Shown: positions 1 through 7,118 of the stretch, one piece after another
How the letters are laid out: the number at the start of each line of letters is the position of its first letter
Position numbering within the stretch: the first letter of the stretch is position 1
Assembly (NCBI RefSeq): GCF_006345805.1
Contig: NW_021828727.1
Location: 1-7,877 of the forward strand
Source: Octopus sinensis
Taxonomy: Eukaryota
Direction of reading: 5' to 3'
DNA length: 7,877 nucleotides
Made by a program: the position numbers and the translations under genes
Notes under the pieces: model-generated
What the model saw: only the letters and a program-made list of their open reading frames with translations
The model's database searches: none
What the model was told of the DNA's origin: nothing

Positions 1-2
1 TT

Positions 3-362
3 CATTATCGATGAGGTTTGGTACTTTGAAAGTAAATAACATATAAACCTAGATAATATCAGGTGACTGGTGTATGATTGCAAGCGTAGTTTATGCAGAG
101 ATCCGAGAAGTGACCGCTTGAGTCTGTAATGTTCCAGGCATTCAGCCAAGATGTAAGCGGTTCGTATCCTGTTTCCTGCTGTGTTATGTGGTGAGAACAC
201 TTCACTTTCAAATACATCCTTTGGTTCAAATCCTTCTAATTTGTCATATCAGGTTTGTAAACTCCTATTTAGCAGTGGAAGCAACTGTATGTCTACAGAT
301 TTCACGAGTGTTTCATTGGTTTGCAGTGTCAGGGAATCAATTTGTCTCGACGATAAACATCC
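3..362 (-). other. Possible exon or pseudo-exon: 120-codon minus-strand frame with one internal TGA, product unrecognised
   Basis: Follows a candidate acceptor (ATTTTATTGCAG|G at 362). Reads GCLSSRQIDSLTLQTNETLVKSVDIQLLPLLNRSLQT*YDKLEGFEPKDVFESEVFSPHNTAGNRIRTAYILAECLEHYRLKRSLLGSLHKL... to the window edge. TGA at 251-249. No known domain recognised, and the length is within chance expectation. Confidence 0.15.
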
Positions 363-882
363 CTGCAATAAAATCCACGATCACTTCCGAAAGTTTTATA
401 TTGTTTTGCTTTAATATTGCAGAAGATAGAGATAAGCAAATGCCGTGTGGCTATTAGTGGTTTAAAAAAGAACAAAATATAGGATTAGCGTGTTTTGTTT
501 TTATGTGGGCATAACCTAAGTTTTACTTTGGCAAAATATAGAAGCAAAATATATTAAGGGAAGTGTTTAATGGAAATAAAGCAGCGGTTTCCAACACTTT
601 ACGAACGAGATCCATTTTCCTAAATCAATAATCTTTTGCCGTCCTTTTTAAATATATTCCTATGATCCACGCTGGAATATATTTAAAAGCACTTAATGAA
701 GCATATGCTGTGTAATGGGACCAGCAAACAGTGTTGATTTTTACAGCCACCGAAAACGCAGAGAATTCGCTATAGACGTCATTAGCGATGAGATCCTGTG
801 AAAGTGAATAACCTCCACAAGCAACGGGTAACGAGAGAATTATTGAGATTCCTCACGAAAACAAGAACCACACCATTTTTGC

Positions 883-1106
883 TATATCTCTGTAGTATGG
901 CACTCAAATTTTAGCACAAGGCCTGAAATTTCGGAGGAGAAGGTAAGTTGATTAGATCGATCCCAGTACTCAACTACTACTTATTTTATTGAGCCGAAAA
1001 GATGAAAGGTAGAGTTGACCTTGGCGGAATTTGAACTCAGACGTGAACACTGACGAAACACTGCTAAGCAATTTGTCTGGTTTGCTAATGATTCTGCCAG
1101 CTCGCC
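883..1106 (-). mobile_element. tRNA-derived SINE, family A, copy 1 (near full length, decayed)
   Basis: The minus strand begins GGCGAGCTGGCAGAATCATTAG (A-box-like, 1106-1085) and has GAGTTCAAATTCC (B-box-like, 1038-1026). It aligns with two other copies in the window (GCTAAGCA.TTTG, GAAAGG..AGT.GACC, TTATTTTAT). It resembles a very abundant octopus SINE as recalled from memory. Confidence 0.8.
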
Positions 1107-1115
1107 ATCTTATTG

Positions 1116-1313
1116 TATATCTGTAATACTGGCTTCAAATTTTGACACAAGGTCAGCAATGTTGTGGGTGGAGTTAAGTCGCTTACATCAACCTCAATGC
1201 TCAGGTGGTACCCCCGAAATGCTGAAAGGCAAAGTCGACCTCAGCGGAGTTGAGCTCAGAACACAAGGACAAACCAAGCACCGCTAAGCATTTTGCCCCG
1301 TCATGATTCGGCC
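1116..1313 (-). mobile_element. tRNA-derived SINE, family A, copy 2 (decayed, small internal deletion, A-box end eroded)
   Basis: Colinear with 883-1106: TCAAATTTT..CACAAGG, TAAGT, GAAAGGCAAAGTCGACC, CTCAGA, GCTAAGCATTTTGCC. It lacks about 10-12 nt (the TTATTTTAT segment) between GTAC and CCCCG near 1210. Confidence 0.75.
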
Positions 1314-1503
1314 TTCTTCTCACCTTTTTTATATAACTGTTATATTAAAACGAATAATTCATCGACTGTGAACCGACGATGTTATCTTTGGTGGTAGATT
1401 CAAGCGGTGAATCCCTTTTATATTCCTTTGGGACACCAAACCATCAAATACTTGCACCAGGTACAAACCTAATCGCAATTTAAGGATCTCAGTAACAGGG
1501 ATA

Positions 1504-1517
1504 TTTTTTTTTTTTTT
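1504..1517. repeat. T14 homopolymer
   Basis: Direct read of the sequence. Confidence 0.9.
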
Positions 1518-1612
1518 GTGAAGTGACGTTTGTTGAGCAACACCGTCTGCTTTCACTGCGATTTATATTTCTTTCCAAGACAAGCAAAATCAAAATTGAT
1601 TTGATATTCTGG

Positions 1613-1778
1613 TTAAATAAGAGAGCTTTCCCACCTTTCTGGTTGGGAAAATTGTTACAAACACTTTAATAGTGAAAAATATATCATAATTTTGTTTAAA
1701 TAAGAGAGCTTTCTCGCCCTTGTAACTGGGAAAATTATTACAAAAACATTAATAGTGAAAATAATATCATTCTTTTTC
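1613..1778. repeat. Two-copy tandem duplication, 83-bp period
   Basis: 1613-1695 and 1696-1778 align without gaps at 67/83 identity by hand count. Both start TTAAATAAGAGAGCTTTC. Confidence 0.92.
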
Positions 1779-2771
1779 AAAAGTTTTTTCAGTTAGGCGT
1801 TAAATATGATATACAGATTCTTCTTTCAAACTAATGCTACTTCTCTCGCACATAACGAATTTTTATTCAGCCTGTCTACTATTGGCAACATCAGTGACTT
1901 TTCAGGCATTGTTTTACGATATCAGTAACAGTAAAATTTTTCTTAGCAAATGTTCGCCAGGAGATCCTTGCTACGGACGAACTGAAAGAGGTAGAAATTC
2001 ACGTCTCACAATACCACCAATGCTACTCACCTATTTTCGTCTGCTACTGGTATATATTTGTGTGTCTTTTAACACTGTACGTCTATGAGAGATATCGCAG
2101 AATGAACATTGCAGTTAATTAGGCTTTCCATGATGTATCTGAATTACGAATGGTAGACAGATTGCAATTTTAAACTAATACCGCTTCTGCTGCGCATAAC
2201 AAACAATTTCTTTTGTTTTTGTACAACACACTCAAAAGTACAGTAAAAATTGCATTTGCATTTTGACATTTGTTTAAATAATGATAAAATTCCAGTTAAT
2301 AAATATGATAAAGTTTAGCTAATTTATATGAAGAAATCACTTCAAGTTCTGTATGTACCACATTCTATTTGCTTTTGTTAAACTGTAATATTTTACACAA
2401 CAATTGGCCCAATATTTAATTAGATATGCAAATCAGTTAATTACTAATTTAAATTTTACTTATGCAAATGAGGCACAACAGCTTTTAAAGAAATGTTCAG
2501 CTGGCCTACCTTCCTCGATAATTTTGTTAAATATTTTATTTTTCAATAAAATCTTATGGATGTATCTATAAATAGTAACTCCATGTTTCATTAAAACATA
2601 CACAATTGTTTGTGTGCCGTTCTCGCTGTGCAGAAAATCTAAATCAACCAACAGAACAAATTATTTTTGTAGTCCTGTGCCACAAGGGAGGCGAAATCTC
2701 AAAAAGGATTTAAAAGTTTAATACAAAAGAACGATGGGAGGGAATTAGAACCTGTATCAAGAACCTTAATT

Positions 2772-2797
2772 GGCCTCCGCAGGTAGCTGCGGAGGTC
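2772..2797. other. GC-rich hairpin (11-bp stem including one G-U, 4-nt loop)
   Basis: GGCCTCCGCAG-GTAG-CTGCGGAGGTC. The inner 9 bp (CCTCCGCAG/CTGCGGAGG) are perfect. Confidence 0.8.
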
Positions 2798-2818
2798 GTG
2801 TGGGAAAAAAACATGTTT

Positions 2819-2959
2819 GAGGTAATGAAGTCCTTCGCTGAGGACACATTTCGCTTTTTGTCGAAAAGTCCCGACCCTTGCACCATCGAGGTGCTTGAGT
2901 GTAGCATTGAGCCTGGTCGGGTGACGGCGGGGCGGAAAAATTAAGGGGCTCAGTGCCTC
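2819..2959 (+). ncRNA. Tentative structured RNA with RNase MRP-like CR-I/CR-V motifs (minimal variant or pseudogene)
   Basis: GAAAAGTCCC (2863-2872) and AAATTAAGGGGCTCA (2938-2952) lie inside terminal complementarity GAGGTA/TGCCTC. There is a P2-like CTTCGCT/GGCGGGG and internal stems CCCGACC/GGTCGGG and GCACC/GGTGC. Against this: P4 is one C short, there is no GARAR loop, no obvious TATA or adjacent T-run, and the element is very short. Confidence 0.22.
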
Positions 2960-3100
2960 GTATAGTGTATCAACGTTAAAGTAAGAGGTTTAATGCCGCG
3001 GTCTGTTGCTTTGTTTTTGTGCTTGTTGTTTGTAAGAAGCTCAGAGCCTCACTTGAGAATGAACTATGGAACTAAAGTAAGACGTTTTATACCTCGTATT

Positions 3101-3285
3101 GTTTTTTTCTTTTTTTTTTCTTTTTACTTGTTTCAGTGATTTGACTGCGGTCATGCTGGAGCACCGCCTTTAGTCGAGCTATCGACCCCGGGACTTATTC
3201 TTTGTAAGCCCAGTACTTATTCTATCGGTCTCTTTTGCCGAACCGCTAAGTGACGGGGACGTAAACACACCAGCATCGGTTGTCA
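3101..3285 (-). mobile_element. 5'-truncated SINE-like repeat, family B, 3' portion with A-rich tail
   Basis: The minus strand reads TGACAACCGATGCTGGTGTGTTTACGTCCCC...GCGGTTCGGCAAAAGAGACCGATAGAATAAGTAC...GGCGGTGCTCCAGCATGACCGCAGTCAAATCACTGAAACAAGTAAAAAG, followed by an A-rich tail (T-rich 3102-3125 on plus). It matches the 3' half of a common octopus repeat recalled from memory and shares motifs with family A. Confidence 0.7.
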
Positions 3286-3289
3286 TTGA

Positions 3290-3327
3290 TGTAATAGATT
3301 TTACATGTTGATGTAAAATCTATTACA
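3290..3327. repeat. Perfect inverted repeat, 17-bp arms, 4-nt loop
   Basis: TGTAATAGATTTTACAT (3290-3306) GTTG ATGTAAAATCTATTACA (3311-3327). Confidence 0.95.
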
Positions 3328-3484
3328 GTGTTCCCCAGTTTTCAACTGGACCTTATTTTATCGACTCCGAATGAATGAAGGGAAAAGTCGACTGCGACGA
3401 AATTTAAACGCCGAACAGGAAGACAGACGAAATGCCGCTAAGCATTTTGCCCACATCTTCTAAAGTTTCTGCCACCTCACCGCC
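3321..3484 (-). mobile_element. tRNA-derived SINE, family A, copy 3 (3' end lost, B box decayed)
   Basis: CCCCAGT, CTTATTTTATCGAC, AAAGTCGAC, GACGAAATGCCGCTAAGCATTTTGCCC and TTCTGCCA.CTC.C.GCC align to copies 1 and 2. Confidence 0.8.
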
Positions 3485-4024
3485 ATATTGTCCTTTAGCA
3501 CACACCGTGTTCTCTAGAATTGTTTCCTCTGCCTGATACTACAAGGGAGAAAACTAATATGGTGGCATGATGCGCCTGAACTGTTAATTGGTAATATTGG
3601 TATCTATCAAAACAATTCTGTTTTCTCTATAACTATGAATAAATAGGTTGTTGGACAAATTATCATACGCCATTTTTATGTCAGGCCGGTTATTAGCTCA
3701 CTTCCCGGCCTCGGGACGCATTCTTGCTCATCCTTTCAGGCCGATGTATTAAAACACCACCAGACATGTAATGTTCCGGCATAGCCATCTTCTAATCATT
3801 GACACCAGTTAAAAATATTATTTTAACCGCCCAGACGTAGAAGTATTGCCCCTGGGTATAGCTATGGTACCGATCTAGATGTGGTATCAGTGATTCGATA
3901 AAATATTCGTATTCGTTTATTGCTATTTTACAATCGAACGGAGAATATGGATATAAAAAATAAACAGGCGTGCGGAGGAGAATAGAGGCGGGAGAATCAC
4001 CTTCATGGCTTCACACTACATTTC

Positions 4025-4359
4025 CATGTATACATAGATGTGTGAATATACATGCACACACACACACAAATATATATACATATATACACACATGTGTATA
4101 TGTGTGTGTACATATACACACATCTATGTGTTGTAGGTGTGTATGTGCTGTGCACATATATATATATATATATGTATGTATGCATGTATTTATACATGTA
4201 TATATGTACACAAGTATGCAAATGTGTGTGTGGTGTGTGTGTGGTGTGTATGTGTGGTGTGTATGTGTGGTGTGTGTGTGGTGTGTATATGTGGTGTGTG
4301 TGTTTGGGTATACGGATATATATACGTATATATATGAGGGTTGATATATATATATATAT

Positions 4360-4409
<50 letters not shown>

Positions 4410-4547
4410 ACACATATACATATACATATACATATAATGTACATATGTGTCGATGTATAGATATGATGTATTTTGAAAACAGAAGTTTATATATATTCCT
4501 ATATGTGAGTATATATAAGCGTGTGTGTGCGAGTGTGTGTGAGTTTG

Positions 4548-4585
<38 letters not shown>

Positions 4586-4730
4586 TTTATGTGCGTATAC
4601 AATGTTCAGAAGATAAATGCGTCTGCCTACGTTTATAGTCTCAATATATTGTTTATTGGTTCGTGTGTACGCATGCGTAGGGTCAGTGCCAGTATACACA
4701 CACACACAACACACACACACACACACACAC

Positions 4731-4766
<36 letters not shown>

Positions 4767-4894
4767 ATATATATATTATATATATATTATATACGTATAT
4801 ATATATATATAATACATACATATATACAGATATATATATCGATGTATGCTTAAGGTATAACTATGTTTGTGAGTATAAGGGTGAGTGTATAGTT

Positions 4895-4949
<55 letters not shown>

Positions 4950-5075
4950 CATATATACAGATTATATATCGATGTATGCATAAATGTATAACTATGTTTG
5001 TGAGTGTATAGTTATATATATATCTATATATATTATAATTTATATATATATATAATATATATATATCTTGCGTGT
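4025..5075. repeat. Compound microsatellite field: (TA)n, (CA)n, (GT)n, TACA variants
   Basis: Direct read, e.g. (AT)n 4344-4406 with one interruption, (GT)n 4555-4581, (CA)n about 4696-4748, (TA)n about 4897-4944. Confidence 0.95.
4813..5013. repeat. Two-copy duplication of a complex core separated by a (TA)n tract
   Basis: ATACATACATATATACAGAT..TATATCGATGTATGC.TAA..GTATAACTATGTTTGTGAGT...GTATAGTT occurs at about 4813-4894 and about 4943-5013. Confidence 0.85.
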
Positions 5076-5148
5076 TTGTGCTTACAAGCATAAATCTATA
5101 TTTTGATTTTCTTTGCTTTCTCTTCCCTCTAATGGCTGCGTTGATTAG

Positions 5149-5245
5149 AGGGTGGACGTGCAAAGTAAATGGCGAAAGCAAAGACATTACTCCAACAACG
5201 GATATAATAGTCGACGTGTCAGCAGCTTTATAGCCAAAGAATGTT
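5149..5245 (+). other. Candidate 97-nt internal exon within a unique island between microsatellite fields
   Basis: Pyrimidine tract at 5101-5130, AG at 5147-5148 and GTATGT at 5246-5251. One frame is open ([32 protein letters not shown]). No homology recognised. Confidence 0.15.
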
Positions 5246-5544
5246 GTATGTGTTTTGTGTGTGTGTGTGTGCGATGTGTGTATGTTTGTGAGTGTGTCTA
5301 TGTTTGTGCGTGTGTGTAGTATGAACTTGCATAAGCCTACAGGAAGACGAAAAGAGATTGGAATATATGAATATGTAAATATATATATATGCATATAAAT
5401 ATATATATGTGTGTGTATACATATACATAATGTATATACATGTATATATGCAGGTATATATATTTTCATACATATATATATATATTTATAAATGTATGCA
5501 TATATTTACATATGCATATAACGTGTGTATGCGTGAGCGTATTT

Positions 5545-5588
<44 letters not shown>

Positions 5589-5737
5589 ACAATAAAAATT
5601 ACTCTTGTGTATACACTAAAGTTTTAGCAACAAACATTCAAATGTGTTTTACGTACTTACCTGCATGCGAATATTGGAATATATGTCCATATATACACAT
5701 ACACACACATGTATGTATATATATATACATGCATGTA

Positions 5738-5787
<50 letters not shown>

Positions 5788-5950
5788 ATATATATGTATG
5801 TATATATATATACATATTATATATGTCTCTATGTATGTATGTATGTATGTATGGATATATATATATATATATATATAACTGGTAATTTATGTCTGTTGAG
5901 TGTGTTTACATATTATTAAATATAAATTCATACATATTAACTATACGTAT

Positions 5951-6023
<73 letters not shown>

Positions 6024-6058
6024 TATATATACATACATACATACCTACATACACACAG
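5246..6058. repeat. Compound microsatellite field: (GT)n, (TA)n, (TATG)n, (CA)n
   Basis: Direct read. Short unique interruptions at about 5320-5365, 5585-5690 and 5880-5945. Confidence 0.9.
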
Positions 6059-6289
6059 CGATACATATGGGGGTAAGGCTGTCGAAATACGTGGTTTTAT
6101 TGTTGAATTTAATTTTCTAAATTGACCTCACACCACCATACAATCAATATAATAAACAAATTTGTTTTGAGATGAAATATGTCTGGCGTAGGCTTATTAC
6201 AAATGTTGCTAAATGTGTCTCCGCATCTACCGTAACGCCAAGAAAAACGTAAACACACACACATACCATAAACATGTATATCAAACGTT

Positions 6290-6290
<1 letters not shown>

Positions 6291-6349
<59 letters not shown>

Positions 6350-6398
6350 CAGCAGTAGTAGTAGCAATAGTAGTAGTAGGAGTAGTAGGAGTAGTAGG
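6291..6398. repeat. (AGT)n trinucleotide microsatellite
   Basis: 19 perfect AGT units (6291-6347), followed by units interrupted by AGC, AAT and AGG. Confidence 0.97.
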
Positions 6399-6459
6399 AA
6401 GGTGGAAGTGAGGCAGATGATTGATATACAAGTATGTCTGTGTTTATAGGAGTTGGAAT

Positions 6460-6487
6460 TTGTTGTTTGTTGTTTGTTGTTTGTTGT
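6460..6487. repeat. (TTGTTGT)4 heptamer repeat
   Basis: Four perfect copies, read directly. Confidence 0.9.
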
Positions 6488-6624
6488 CTCCTGTCCTCTC
6501 AATATGCATTTATGACGAAAATTAATAGAAAACATTACGCTCAACACACAGACATACATGTGCTACACACTCACACATGCACCCTCCGCTCATGCACACA
6601 CACTCACGGCCTTATATTGTGGGT

Positions 6625-6625
6625 G

Positions 6626-6681
<56 letters not shown>

Positions 6682-7118
6682 TATACGTATATGTGTATAT
6701 ACTTATATATGTATATATATATTTATTATATATAATATATACGTATATATGTCATGTATATATATATATCTATATAATATATTACGTATATACATATTAT
6801 GTATATATATATATACATATGTGTGTGTGTGCATATAAGTATATATGATATATATATATGCATGTATGTATATATATATATATATGCTGTGTATGTATGA
6901 ATGTATATATATACACATATATATATATATATACATATATACATATATACATATATACTTATTATACTTATATATATATATGAATATATTGATATATATA
7001 TATATATATATAGATATATATATAATATATATATACATATATATATATAGAATATGTATAGAACATATATATTTATTATACTTATATACATATACATACA
7101 TATATAGATATAGATATC
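6625..7118. repeat. Degenerate (TA)n-rich field with TATG/TACA variants
   Basis: Direct read. Preceded by CA-rich sequence at about 6540-6605. Confidence 0.93.

Noticed and set aside
181-457. Plus-strand ORFs of 77 and 89 aa
   Set aside because: Non-ATG or weak starts, no recognisable domain, and they overlap an equally open minus-strand frame.
1587-1602. Small AT-rich palindromes (AAATCAA/TTGATTT here; GTTAAAA/TTTTAAC near 3808-3827)
   Set aside because: Short AT-rich stems are common by chance at this base composition.
1613-1778. CRISPR-like repeat-spacer interpretation
   Set aside because: Only two units, the variable part is homologous rather than unique, the context is eukaryotic and there are no cas genes.
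1834-2088. 84-aa ORF with hydrophobic N-terminus and a KCSPGDPCYGR segment resembling a cysteine-bridged amidated peptide precursor
   Set aside because: There are no dibasic sites flanking the peptide, it matches no neuropeptide family I recognise, and the length is within chance expectation. A BLASTP/SignalP check would be cheap, but nothing here supports a gene call.
2820-2900. Self-cleaving ribozyme candidates (hammerhead, twister, HDV-like): TAATGAAG, GTCC/GGAC stem, minus-strand GCGAA after a short stem
   Set aside because: No CUGAUGA/GAAA core on either strand, no twister L4 motif, and the HDV topology fails (no G1, no P1.1, no adjacent P2).
3683-3711. AGGCCGG/CCGGCCT stem resembling HDV P1
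   Set aside because: The 15-nt loop is too short to hold P2 plus P3/L3. It is an isolated 7-bp stem.
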